Origin: Gammaproteobacteria bacterium
GTDB lineage: Bacteria; Pseudomonadota; Gammaproteobacteria; Eutrophobiales; Eutrophobiaceae
Assembly: GCA_965261775.1 (NCBI GenBank)
Contig: OZ253477.1
Coordinates: 355,311-419,310 of the forward strand
DNA length: 64,000 nucleotides
Reading direction: 5' to 3'
Shown here piece by piece: positions 31,755 to 41,705 of this stretch. The notes below the pieces were generated by a model. That model worked only from the letters and a program-made list of their open reading frames with translations. It was not told where the DNA came from and did not search any database. Each line of letters begins with the position of its first letter. Positions within the stretch are counted from its first letter, which is position 1. A program made the position numbers and the translations under genes.

Positions 31755-33197
31755 TTATGTGCTGGTGCCGCCAACGGTCAGTTCGGAAATTTTAATTGTG
31801 GGTTGCCCCACGCCGACCGGCACCGATTGCCCGTCTTTTCCACAGACACCTATCCCCGGATCCAGCGCCATATCATTGCCGACCATACTGACGCGGGTCA
31901 ATACGTCAGGTCCGTTGCCGATAATGGTTGCCCCTTTAACCGGCGCCGCGAGCCGGCCTTTTTCAATTTTGTAAGCCTGGCTGGCACTGAAAACAAATTT
32001 GCCATTGGTGATATTCACCTGTCCGCCTCCGAACTGGGAGGCGTAGATGCCTTTATCCACTGAAGCGATGATCTCTTCGGGGTCGTGATCGCCGCCAAGC
32101 ATATATGTGTTGGTCATTCTTGGCATCGGCAAGTGCGCGTAGGATTCCCGGCGGCCGTTGCCAGTCAGGGAGGTTCCCATCAGGCGGGCATTGAGTTTAT
32201 CCTGCATATACGCTTTTAATATGCCGCGCTCAATCAGTGTGGTGGAGGCGGCAGGCGTGCCTTCATCATCAACATTCAGCGAACCGCGGCGATTTTCTAT
32301 CGCGCCGTTGTCCACCACGGTTACCTCCGGCGAAGCGATGCGCTCATTCATCCGGTTGGAAAAAGCGGAGGTTTTTTTACGGATAAAATCACCTTCCAGT
32401 CCATGACCGATGGCCTCGTGCAGAAGGATTCCGGGCCAACCCGGACCGAGCACAACCGGCATGGTGCCCGCTGGCGCGGACTCGGCGCGCAGGTTAATCA
32501 AGGCCTGCTCAACGGCCTCGTCGACATAGCGCATGCCCATGCCGCTATCCAGAAACCGGGTATAACCGAAACGTCCGCCGCCACCGCTACTCCCTTTTTC
32601 AATCCTGCCGTTTTCTTCAACGATAACATTGATATTGAGTCTTACCAGGGGTCTGATATCCGCGTTCAAACCACCTTCGCTATCGGCGATCAGGACGGTC
32701 GTGTGTGAACCACTCAGACCTATAATCACTTGTCTGACGCGCGGATCTTTTTCGCGTGCCGCCTTGTCCATTTGCCGCAATAGATCAATTTTGTCCGCCG
32801 TGTCAATGGAGTTCAGCGGGTTTCTGTTGGAATAGAGCACGGGGGTCTCGCGTTGTCGCCATGCCTGCAGTTGGCCGTTATTGCCGTGCGCCGCGATTGA
32901 ACTTGCCGCGCTAGCGGCCTGCTCCAGCGCTGGCAGCAGGATTTCATCAGAATAGGCAAAGCCGGTTTTTTCGCCACTGATGGCACGCACCCCCACGCCC
33001 TGATCAATGTTATAGGAACCTTCACGGACGATACCGTCTTCCAGAGCCCATGATTCAGAACAAGAGGATTGAAAGTAAAGGTCCGCCTGGTCTATGGACG
33101 ACAGTGAAACCCGGTCAAGCGTTTTCTGAATGTCGTCCAATTCCAGGCCACGTTCATTCAATAGTCTGTTCCGGGCGATGTCTAGCGCATTGTTCAT
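31755..33197 (-). CDS. tldD: Metalloprotease TldD
   Basis: 480 aa, PmbA/TldD family, with conserved HEAIGHGLE. Confidence 0.9.
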   Translation of the reverse strand: MNNALDIARNRLLNERGLELDDIQKTLDRVSLSSIDQADLYFQSSCSESWALEDGIVREGSYNIDQGVGVRAISGEKTGFAYSDEILLPALEQAASAASSIAAHGNNGQLQAWRQRETPVLYSNRNPLNSIDTADKIDLLRQMDKAAREKDPRVRQVIIGLSGSHTTVLIADSEGGLNADIRPLVRLNINVIVEENGRIEKGSSGGGGRFGYTRFLDSGMGMRYVDEAVEQALINLRAESAPAGTMPVVLGPGWPGILLHEAIGHGLEGDFIRKKTSAFSNRMNERIASPEVTVVDNGAIENRRGSLNVDDEGTPAASTTLIERGILKAYMQDKLNARLMGTSLTGNGRRESYAHLPMPRMTNTYMLGGDHDPEEIIASVDKGIYASQFGGGQVNITNGKFVFSASQAYKIEKGRLAAPVKGATIIGNGPDVLTRVSMVGNDMALDPGIGVCGKDGQSVPVGVGQPTIKISELTVGGTST

Positions 33198-34030
33198 ACA
33201 AGTCTATCTCCGTCTCCAGTTTTTTGGATATGCGACAAAGCGGGAAAAAATTCCCGCAGTTGTTTTTGTTTATCAAAGTCTATCGCCGCAACTGCCAGGC
33301 CGATACCTTTGTCCAGTTCTGCAAGTACCGTCCCCCAGGGATCAATAATCATACTGTGTCCCCATGTTTTACGCTGGTTAGCGTGTGTGCCTCCCTGATT
33401 GGACGCGACAACATAGCACAGGTTCTCAATTGCGCGGGCTCGTAGCAATATTTTCCAATGCGCTGCGCCCGTTTTTGCCGTAAATGCGGCGGGGACTGTG
33501 ATCAGGTTGACATCGTGCCGGAGCATCTGCCGATAAAGTTCCGGAAAACGCAGATCATAACAGACGGACAAACCAATATTTCCTACATCGGTGCGGGCAA
33601 TGACACAATCATGCCCCGGCTCAAAGCAGTTTGATTCTTGATAGGCTTCCTGCCGTGCCGCATCCACAAACACATCAAACAGATGGATTTTATTATAGTG
33701 CGCGATACATTTGCCTTCGGGGTCATACAACAGGCTTCCCGCGTACGCTTTGTTTGGGTCTTCCGACGCGAGCGGAACGGTGCCGCCCAGTAACCATATT
33801 CGATGGCGTCTGGCTTGTTCGGACAGAAACGCCTGTACTTTCCCATCGCCAATCGGCTCCATGATCGCCAGGTAGTCATCATTTTTCCGTCCCATAAACG
33901 GAAAGTTCTCTGGCAATGTGACCAGCTTTGCCTGTCGGCGGCTTGCCTCCGTAATGAGTTTTTCGGCGGTCTCAAGGTTTCGACAGAGTTCATCGGTCGA
34001 TACCATTTGAATAGCGGCGACATTAAACAT
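33194..34030 (-). CDS. Carbon-nitrogen hydrolase (nitrilase-superfamily) protein
   Basis: E-K-C triad context (…VCYDLRFPE…). It sits in the conserved position upstream of tldD. Confidence 0.8.
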   Translation of the reverse strand: MFNVAAIQMVSTDELCRNLETAEKLITEASRRQAKLVTLPENFPFMGRKNDDYLAIMEPIGDGKVQAFLSEQARRHRIWLLGGTVPLASEDPNKAYAGSLLYDPEGKCIAHYNKIHLFDVFVDAARQEAYQESNCFEPGHDCVIARTDVGNIGLSVCYDLRFPELYRQMLRHDVNLITVPAAFTAKTGAAHWKILLRARAIENLCYVVASNQGGTHANQRKTWGHSMIIDPWGTVLAELDKGIGLAVAAIDFDKQKQLREFFPALSHIQKTGDGDRLV

Positions 34031-34344
34031 GTTGTGGATTATATTCTACCTTGATTACGGGCGCTCGTTTTTATGACATATTCCGGTTCAAGGCAAGATG
34101 CATACCAAACGTCATGACCACTTCGGTCTTCGAACACTATCAGCCAGTTGACCCAACTTAGCCGATGTCGACCCATTAAACCCGTTCCTGAGTGCGATAA
34201 AATCGAGGATAGATTGATGCGCAGGGGCAGTGGTGCGAGAATCATTAGTCGCTTTTTACTGTTTATCATTTCATCGTCTTCTATCGGGATACGCGCCTTT
34301 GTATAACCCGGCGTATACCGTATAATCGCTACAATTTTGTAAGG

Positions 34345-35541
34345 ATGAGGTTCAAATTGAACGAAGAATTTGCACGCATCAAGCGATTACCTCCCTATGT
34401 TTTTAATATTGTAAATGAATTAAAAATGGCGGCGCGCCGTCGAGGGGAAGATATTGTTGATTTCGGCATGGGTAATCCCGATCAGCCCGCGCCGGCACAT
34501 ATCATCGCCAAGCTGGTGGAGGCGTCCCAGCGCGAGGATACGCATCGTTATTCAATTTCAAAAGGGATCCCCCGACTCCGTCGCGCCATCTGTAACTGGT
34601 ATAAGATGCGCTATGATGTGGATCTTGACCCCGATTCCGAGGCCATCGTTACTCTGGGTTCAAAAGAGGGACTGGCGCATCTGGCAATGGCCGTTGTTGA
34701 CCGCGGCGATGCGGTGCTGGTGCCCAATCCGGCTTATCCGATCCATCCCTTTGGTTTTGTGATCGCGGGCGCCGATGTCAGGCACGTCCCCATCGGTCCG
34801 GGGATTGATTTCTTTGATGAATTACAAAAAGCGATATGCGACACCTGGCCAAAACCGAGAATGTTGCTGATCAATTTTCCGAGCAATCCGACAACTCAAT
34901 GTGTTGAGTTGGATTTTTTTGAGAAGATTATTGACATTGCCCGGGAACACGATATCTGGGTGGTGCAGGATCTGGCCTATGCCGATATTGTCTTTGACGG
35001 TTATACCGCCCCTTCCATTCTGCAAGTATCGGGTGCCAGGGAAATTGCGGTTGAGTTCTTTACGCTGTCTAAAAGCTACAATATGCCGGGTTGGCGCGTG
35101 GGATTTATGGTGGGTAATCCGGTGTTAATCAACGCGCTTGCACGCCTGAAATCTTATCTGGATTACGGTACGTTCACCCCTATTCAGATCGCGGCGATTA
35201 CCGCGCTGGAGCAACATCAGCAGTGTGTCAGAGATATCTGCGAGGTTTATCGCCGCCGTCGCGATGTATTGTGCGACGGTCTGAATGCCGTCGGATGGGA
35301 GATCGAAAAACCGCGCGGCACGATGTTTGTCTGGGCGCCGGTGCCGGAACAGTACCGGGAAATGGGCTCACTTGAATTTTCAAAAAAATTGTTAAGCGAC
35401 GCGAAGGTGGCGGTGTCGCCCGGAATTGGTTTTGGCAGTTACGGCGATAATTTTGTGCGTTTCGCGTTGATTGAAAATGAGCATCGCACCCGTCAGGCGT
35501 TGAGGGGGGTCCGCGCGATGTTGAGAGAAGAAACCGCCTAG
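34345..35541 (+). CDS. Class I/II aminotransferase (AlaA/AlaC-like)
   Basis: IKRLPPYVF…DFGMGNPD N-terminus and a PLP lysine region ([10 protein letters not shown]). Confidence 0.8.
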   Translation: MRFKLNEEFARIKRLPPYVFNIVNELKMAARRRGEDIVDFGMGNPDQPAPAHIIAKLVEASQREDTHRYSISKGIPRLRRAICNWYKMRYDVDLDPDSEAIVTLGSKEGLAHLAMAVVDRGDAVLVPNPAYPIHPFGFVIAGADVRHVPIGPGIDFFDELQKAICDTWPKPRMLLINFPSNPTTQCVELDFFEKIIDIAREHDIWVVQDLAYADIVFDGYTAPSILQVSGAREIAVEFFTLSKSYNMPGWRVGFMVGNPVLINALARLKSYLDYGTFTPIQIAAITALEQHQQCVRDICEVYRRRRDVLCDGLNAVGWEIEKPRGTMFVWAPVPEQYREMGSLEFSKKLLSDAKVAVSPGIGFGSYGDNFVRFALIENEHRTRQALRGVRAMLREETA

Positions 35542-35601
35542 AGGAACACCTTACGAATCTCGTTTCGGTTTTATCTATTCACAATAATAGAGATAGGTTT
35601 T

Positions 35602-36915
35602 ATGAATGTTGTAAAAACAGGATTACTCGGGCTGGGCACGGTGGGTTCAGGCACGGTTAATATATTGACTCGCAATGCGAGGGAAATCACACGCCGGCTG
35701 GGTTGCCGTATCCAGATAAGCCATGCGGCGGCAAAGGAATACAATCCGGATTTGATGCCGGATATTGAACAGATAGGCGTCATTTCGGACGATGCCTTTG
35801 CTGTTGTCGCTGATCCAGAGGTTGTGATTGTCATTGAGTTGATTGGCGGTATTTCACTCCCCCGTGAGTTGGTATTGCAGGCCATTGATAACGGCAAACA
35901 CGTTGTCACAGCAAATAAGGCGCTGATCGCTTCGCACGGTAATGAAATTTTTGCTGCCGCACGGAAAAAAGGCGTTATTGTTGCTTTTGAGGCTGCAGTG
36001 GCGGGGGGTATCCCCATCATCAAGGCGATCAGAGAGGGACTGGCGGCTAACCGGATAGAATGGGTCGCCGGTATTATCAATGGTACCGGTAACTATATTC
36101 TGACCGAGATGGGTGACCATGCGGGTGATTTTCAAACAGTTCTGAAAGAGGCGCAAAAGCTGGGTTACGCCGAGGCCGATCCGACCCTTGATATTGAAGG
36201 CATTGACGCCGCACACAAGCTGGCTATTCTCAGTTCAATCGCATTTGGGATGCCGCTCTGCCTTGACGATATCTATGTTGAGGGCATTACCGGGATAACG
36301 CAACAGGATATCGCCTTCGCTGATGAACTGGGTTATCGCGTCAAGCACATCGGCATTACGCGCAAAACTATAGCAGGGATTGAACTGCGCGTGCATCCGG
36401 CGCTGATCCCGAAACAGCGCTTAATCGCCAATGTCAACGGGATAATGAACGCGGTCCTGGTCAAAGGGGATGCTGTCGGGCCGACCCTGTACTACGGTGC
36501 GGGAGCGGGTTCGGAGCCGACTGCGTCTGCCGTTGTGGCGGATGTCGTGGATATTGTTCGTGCATTGACAAATTCCCCTGAGAACTGCGTGCCACATTTT
36601 GCATTTCAGCCCGATGCACTGTCCGATTTTGCCATATTACCCATTGAACAGGTTGAAACGGCCTATTATCTGCGTATGCAGGTGATCGACAGACCCGGTG
36701 TGCTGGCGGAGGTAACGCAGATATTGGGTGGCGCGGGGATCAGTATTGAAGCTATTCTGCAAAAGGAGTTTGAGACGAGCGCTGATCCTGTTCCGGTGAT
36801 CTTCCTGACCCAACGTGTTTTGGAAAGCAATATGAAGCGCGCTATTGAAGAGATTGAGCAGCTTGAGGCGATACAGGGCAGGGTTATGCGCATTCGCATG
36901 GAAATGCTGGAATAA
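35602..36915 (+). CDS. hom: Homoserine dehydrogenase
   Basis: NAD-binding GLGTVGSG, C-terminal ACT domain. Confidence 0.9.
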   Translation: MNVVKTGLLGLGTVGSGTVNILTRNAREITRRLGCRIQISHAAAKEYNPDLMPDIEQIGVISDDAFAVVADPEVVIVIELIGGISLPRELVLQAIDNGKHVVTANKALIASHGNEIFAAARKKGVIVAFEAAVAGGIPIIKAIREGLAANRIEWVAGIINGTGNYILTEMGDHAGDFQTVLKEAQKLGYAEADPTLDIEGIDAAHKLAILSSIAFGMPLCLDDIYVEGITGITQQDIAFADELGYRVKHIGITRKTIAGIELRVHPALIPKQRLIANVNGIMNAVLVKGDAVGPTLYYGAGAGSEPTASAVVADVVDIVRALTNSPENCVPHFAFQPDALSDFAILPIEQVETAYYLRMQVIDRPGVLAEVTQILGGAGISIEAILQKEFETSADPVPVIFLTQRVLESNMKRAIEEIEQLEAIQGRVMRIRMEMLE

Positions 36916-36919
36916 TCAT

Positions 36920-38053
36920 ATGGCTTTCCCCGCGTCTTATTCCGGTTTGATTGAACGTTATAGAGCATGGCTTCCGGTCAGTGACGATACCCGTATTATC
37001 AGTCTGGGCGAAGGCAATACCCCGCTGATCAGGCTGGATAATATTACCCGCGATGTTGGACGGGGTATTCAGCTTTATGTGAAATACGAGGGGTTGAACC
37101 CGACCGGCTCATTCAAGGATCGCGGTATGACGATGGCTGTTACCAGCGCGGTTGAAAAGGGGGTCCGGGCAATTATCTGCGCTTCGACTGGAAATACCTC
37201 CGCCTCGGCCGCTGCTTACGCTGCCCGTGCAGGGATCACCGCTTTTGTCATCATTCCTGACGGCAAGATATCTCAAGGGAAACTGGCACAGGCGATGATT
37301 GAAGGCGCGGTTGTTTTACAGATAAAGGGTAATTTTGATTACGGCATGCGTCTGGTAAAGGCCATGGCGGATGAAGCATCTGTTACGGTTGTCAATTCAA
37401 TTAATCCCTATCGCCTGCAAGGCCAGAAAACGGCCGCTTTTGAGATCATTGAGGCATTGGGACGGGCGCCTGACTTTCATTATTTGCCGGTCGGTAACGC
37501 GGGCAACATCACCGCCCACTGGATCGGCTATAGCGAATATGCCGGAGAGAGCCTGACCGCTGCCTGCACCTACTGCAAGGGCCATTGCCGTTTTACCCAC
37601 GAGGCGCTTGTCAATACGCGGCCAAAAATGGTGGGTTATCAGGCTAGTGGCGCGGCTCCGTTTCTGCGTGGCGAGATGGTAGATAATCCTGAGACCGTCG
37701 CTACGGCCATTCGTATCGGCCATCCGCAATCGTGGGACTACGCCTGGAAAGTACAGGCGGAATCCGGCGGCTGGTTTGACGAGTGCACAGATGAAGAAAT
37801 CCTGAAGACGCAGAAATTGCTGGCTGAAAAAGAGGGTATATTCTGTGAACCGGCTTCCGCTATTTCGGTGAGCGGCGCATTGCGCGATATAAGGTGCGCC
37901 AAAATCCCCGAGAACAGCCTTGTGGTCTGCACTCTGACCGGTCATGGTTTGAAAGACCCGGATATTGCCATAAAACAAAATACGCTTGAGCCGATAAAAA
38001 TAGATGTGGACCCGGAAAAAGTAAAAGCGGCGATTCTGGATAATATGCGCTAG
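36920..38053 (+). CDS. thrC: Threonine synthase (short type)
   Basis: Start at MAFPASYSGLIERYRAWLPV… just after the hom stop. PLP lysine motif (SFKDRG). Confidence 0.9.
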   Translation: MAFPASYSGLIERYRAWLPVSDDTRIISLGEGNTPLIRLDNITRDVGRGIQLYVKYEGLNPTGSFKDRGMTMAVTSAVEKGVRAIICASTGNTSASAAAYAARAGITAFVIIPDGKISQGKLAQAMIEGAVVLQIKGNFDYGMRLVKAMADEASVTVVNSINPYRLQGQKTAAFEIIEALGRAPDFHYLPVGNAGNITAHWIGYSEYAGESLTAACTYCKGHCRFTHEALVNTRPKMVGYQASGAAPFLRGEMVDNPETVATAIRIGHPQSWDYAWKVQAESGGWFDECTDEEILKTQKLLAEKEGIFCEPASAISVSGALRDIRCAKIPENSLVVCTLTGHGLKDPDIAIKQNTLEPIKIDVDPEKVKAAILDNMR

Positions 38054-38168
38054 CCTCGTATATTTCATGAGGAATTTTGACGTAATGCAGGAGTTGCTTT
38101 GTCGCACACGATGACTGGATTCCCTCTTGCGGGGAAGGGCGCCCCTCGGGTTCAAAGGGTGGAGCAGG

Positions 38169-39221
38169 ATGCGTAGATTAACGGTTTTTGCCCCGGGTCT
38201 GTTTGGTCCTGATCTGTCTGTCCATCCTGATGATTTACCCGATCTGCCAGCGCTGAACTGGTTATTGGGCAGGGGGACTCGGCGATTGACAACGGAACAC
38301 GCTTCGGCAAGTGATCTGTTGTGTGAATTATCCAATCTGCCAAAAGATATCAACGGCAATTATCCGATTGCGGCTATCACGCATTTGGCCGATCGTGGTC
38401 AGTCCGTGACGGGACGGTGGTTGCGCGCCGACCCTGTGCATATCGCGATTGACGTGGAGGGCCCAAGGTTGATTGATAGCAACCGTTTTGAATTGAGTCG
38501 GCGGGAGGCGCAGGCGATGGTCGCTGATATTAATCCTTTGTTGAAACCCTTTGGGCTGGCGCTGGAGGTGCCGGTGCCCAATCGCTGGTATTTACGCGGG
38601 CATGATGATCTGAAGTTAAAGACACTGCCGCTGGATGCCGTTTCTGGTCAGATTTTTTCTCCAGAGAGCCTGATGGATAACGATAACCCCAAGCTGGCTG
38701 GTTTGCTTAACGAGATACAGATGACTCTGCACGATTCCGCTGTGAACCGGAAACGTCTGGAACAACGATCGCTACCGATTAACAGCCTCTGGTTGTGGGG
38801 CGACGGCGAATTGCTGGTGCCCCCGGATACCGCCAACACGTTCTGGTCCTTTATTGCCGGTGACGGTATTTTGGAAAAAGGTCTGTCGATGATAGCGGCG
38901 ACTCCTTTTCAGGTGTTGCCCGAGCATTATGATGCCCTGGAACTCATGGCCGCAGGCCGACGCGATGATGACGTTCTCATTGTTATTAACGATTTCCGGA
39001 TATTGGCCTGTTACCATGATCTTGAAGGGTGGCTGGCGGCCTTGAAACGATATGAGGCGAACTGGTTCGTGCCGTTGCAGACAGCCTTGAAAACGAATCG
39101 GGTTGGATCCCTGCGTATCGTAACGGACAGGTATACGGTAACGCTGGGCAAAAACGCACGTTTTAAATTCTGGAAGACCGGTAACACGATACAATCATTA
39201 ACCGCGCATGGTGACAGGTGA
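38169..39221 (+). CDS. Conserved hypothetical protein, translationally coupled to recJ
   Basis: ~350-aa ORF with good coding appearance. Its stop overlaps the recJ start (ATGA). I recognise no family. Confidence 0.45.
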   Translation: MRRLTVFAPGLFGPDLSVHPDDLPDLPALNWLLGRGTRRLTTEHASASDLLCELSNLPKDINGNYPIAAITHLADRGQSVTGRWLRADPVHIAIDVEGPRLIDSNRFELSRREAQAMVADINPLLKPFGLALEVPVPNRWYLRGHDDLKLKTLPLDAVSGQIFSPESLMDNDNPKLAGLLNEIQMTLHDSAVNRKRLEQRSLPINSLWLWGDGELLVPPDTANTFWSFIAGDGILEKGLSMIAATPFQVLPEHYDALELMAAGRRDDDVLIVINDFRILACYHDLEGWLAALKRYEANWFVPLQTALKTNRVGSLRIVTDRYTVTLGKNARFKFWKTGNTIQSLTAHGDR

Positions 39222-40951
39222 TAAATAAAAAATTTATCCGGAGACAGGTTCCCGAAGAGATCAATCTGCCTGCTTCAATACACCCGGTATTAAGGCGCGT
39301 CCTCGCCACCAGAGATGTTAGCAGCGAAGCCGATATTGATTATTCGCTTGCTGCCTTGCTGCCGTTTAATACCCTTTCCGGCCTTGACAAAGCGGTGTCT
39401 TTGTTAAAAGCAGCTTTGGAAAACCAGCGTCGGATACTGGTCGTTGCGGATTTTGATACTGACGGCGCGACCGCCTGTGCGTTGGCAATACGCGGTTTAA
39501 CAATGATGGGGCTTGAAGACATCTGCTATATTGTGCCGAATCGTTTTGAATATGGTTATGGCCTCTCCCCGGAAATTGTTGATGTAGCGTTGGATTATGC
39601 CCCTGATCTGCTGATGACCGTGGATAACGGGATTTCCAGCATTGCCGGCGTGGCGCACGCTAAGTCTAACGGCCTGAAAGTGTTAATCACCGATCATCAT
39701 CTGCCGGGGAAGACATTGCCCGAAGCAGACGCCATCATCAATCCACAACTGTCCGGCGATCAATTTCCCGGTAAAAGTCTGGCTGGTGTTGGTGTTGTAT
39801 TTTATCTGTTGCTGGCCTTGCGCGCCGACTTGAAGGAGTCGCAATGGTTTGATAATAAAAATATCGATTACCCTAATCTGGCGCATTTGCTTGATCTCGT
39901 TGCACTTGGAACAGTCGCTGATCTTGTTCCGCTGGATAAAAACAACCGCATTATGGTTGCGCATGGACTGAAGCTCATCAGGCAGGAAAAGACTGTCCCG
40001 GGCATACTGGCACTTTTGCGTCAGGGGGGACGATCACTTTCGAATCTGTCCTCCGCTGATCTGGGTTTTGCTGTGGCGCCCAGACTCAACGCGGCTGGCC
40101 GTATAACGGATATGTCACTCGGCATTGAATGTTTAATCAGCGATGATATGCAGGCGGTAAAAAAAATGGCTGAGGAACTGGATACCTTGAATAGGGAACG
40201 GCGGCAGATACAGGACGAGATGGAAGCGCAGGCACTGTTTGTGCTGGAAAGTATCGCGATTGAAAACCTGTCTGAACTGTCGCATGGAATATGTTTATAT
40301 CGACCTGATTGGCACCAGGGTGTCATTGGCATATTAGCCGCGAAAATAAAAGAGCGGTTTAACCAGCCAGCCATTGCCTTTGCGGGTGATATGGCGGGTG
40401 TGATTAAAGGTTCGGCGCGTTCCATTACCGGCCTGCATATACGTGATCTGTTGGAAGAGATCGCACGCCTTCACCCGGAGCTTATCCTGAGCTTCGGCGG
40501 TCATGCGATGGCAGCCGGCCTTACGATAAAAGAAGCCAGTTTCAGGCAATTTGCAGATTGTTTTAGCGCCATCCTTAAAACGTGGATGCCAGCGGATGAC
40601 ATGCGGAATAACTGTATAACGGATGGTGAATTGTCAACGCCGGATATTTCGCTGGCGTTAGCCGAGGCAATACAGGTTGCCGGTCCTTGGGGACAGGCTT
40701 TTCCAGAGCCACTTTTTGAAGGTCGTTTCAGGATTCTGGACAAGTGGGTCGTCGGTCGGAATCATCTCAGATTTCGCCTCCGTGCCGATGACAAAGTCAT
40801 AAATGCCATTGCCTTTAACATGGATGATGGCGACGATTGTCCAGCAACGAAGCAATATTGCCATATGGTCTATCGACTCGGCATCAACGATTATTGTCAG
40901 GAAAGGCAACTGCAATTATTCATTGAACACATGCAGGCCGAGGACAAATAA
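39218..40951 (+). CDS. recJ: Single-stranded-DNA-specific exonuclease RecJ
   Basis: DHH motifs (VADFDTDGAT…, VLITDHHLPG), 577 aa. Confidence 0.9.
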   Translation: MINKKFIRRQVPEEINLPASIHPVLRRVLATRDVSSEADIDYSLAALLPFNTLSGLDKAVSLLKAALENQRRILVVADFDTDGATACALAIRGLTMMGLEDICYIVPNRFEYGYGLSPEIVDVALDYAPDLLMTVDNGISSIAGVAHAKSNGLKVLITDHHLPGKTLPEADAIINPQLSGDQFPGKSLAGVGVVFYLLLALRADLKESQWFDNKNIDYPNLAHLLDLVALGTVADLVPLDKNNRIMVAHGLKLIRQEKTVPGILALLRQGGRSLSNLSSADLGFAVAPRLNAAGRITDMSLGIECLISDDMQAVKKMAEELDTLNRERRQIQDEMEAQALFVLESIAIENLSELSHGICLYRPDWHQGVIGILAAKIKERFNQPAIAFAGDMAGVIKGSARSITGLHIRDLLEEIARLHPELILSFGGHAMAAGLTIKEASFRQFADCFSAILKTWMPADDMRNNCITDGELSTPDISLALAEAIQVAGPWGQAFPEPLFEGRFRILDKWVVGRNHLRFRLRADDKVINAIAFNMDDGDDCPATKQYCHMVYRLGINDYCQERQLQLFIEHMQAEDK

Positions 40952-41006
40952 CATTAATTTAACATAATATATATTATGCGTACTTCTTGATGGCCTCTGA
41001 TTTCTC

Positions 41007-41705
41007 CTAAAACCAGGCGTGGATGCCAAACACAATCCGGGTATCACTGACATCTTCGTCTTCTGCACGGAGAAAATCGGCGGTATTGCCGTAGGCTTTC
41101 TCCCAGTTGATCCCAATATAAGGCGCAAACTCACGTTTAATTTCGTAACGCAACCGCAAACCCGTTTCAATACTTGATAAACCTGAACCAACACCGGTAT
41201 CTTTGTCGTTATGACCATGGGCATTGATCTCAATTTCCGGTGATAAGATCCATTTTGGGGTCAATATCCATTCATACTCCGCCTCAAGGCGTAAGCCTGT
41301 ACGACCACTTTCACCAACAAACAAGGACGCGTCAACTGTAAAAAAATACGGTGCCAGACCTTGTACACCGAGTTCCAACCAGTTTCTTTCAGGATCAGGC
41401 TCAAAATCCATTCGCACACCGGCGACCAGATCCCAATAAGGCGCAATGGCTCGGCCATACAAAAGCCGGAGCTCGAAATTCTCCGTGTGCCTTCCTTCAC
41501 GTTCACCTTCGGTTTTGAGGTATAACTTTTGTAAATCTTTGCCTATCCAGGCCCTGGCATCCCAGCTAAATAGATCTTCTCCGTCGGTCTTTCGTACTTC
41601 CAACTGATCAATCATCACGCTCATGAGAACAGGATCATCCTCATCCATGGCAAACACCAACAGGGGGTTCAATATCATTACCGAGGCTAAAAAGATTTTC
41701 TTCAT
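41007..41705 (-). CDS. copB: Copper resistance outer-membrane protein CopB/PcoB
   Basis: Signal peptide, CopB-family beta-barrel. Its start abuts the copA stop. Confidence 0.75.
   Translation of the reverse strand: MKKIFLASVMILNPLLVFAMDEDDPVLMSVMIDQLEVRKTDGEDLFSWDARAWIGKDLQKLYLKTEGEREGRHTENFELRLLYGRAIAPYWDLVAGVRMDFEPDPERNWLELGVQGLAPYFFTVDASLFVGESGRTGLRLEAEYEWILTPKWILSPEIEINAHGHNDKDTGVGSGLSSIETGLRLRYEIKREFAPYIGINWEKAYGNTADFLRAEDEDVSDTRIVFGIHAWF

Noticed and set aside
35571-36216. Minus-strand ORFs inside hom
   Set aside because: Antisense overlap with hom.
37397-38359. 320-aa minus-strand ORF opposite thrC
   Set aside because: It is antisense to thrC and to the hypothetical gene, with a low-complexity Arg/Ser-rich translation.
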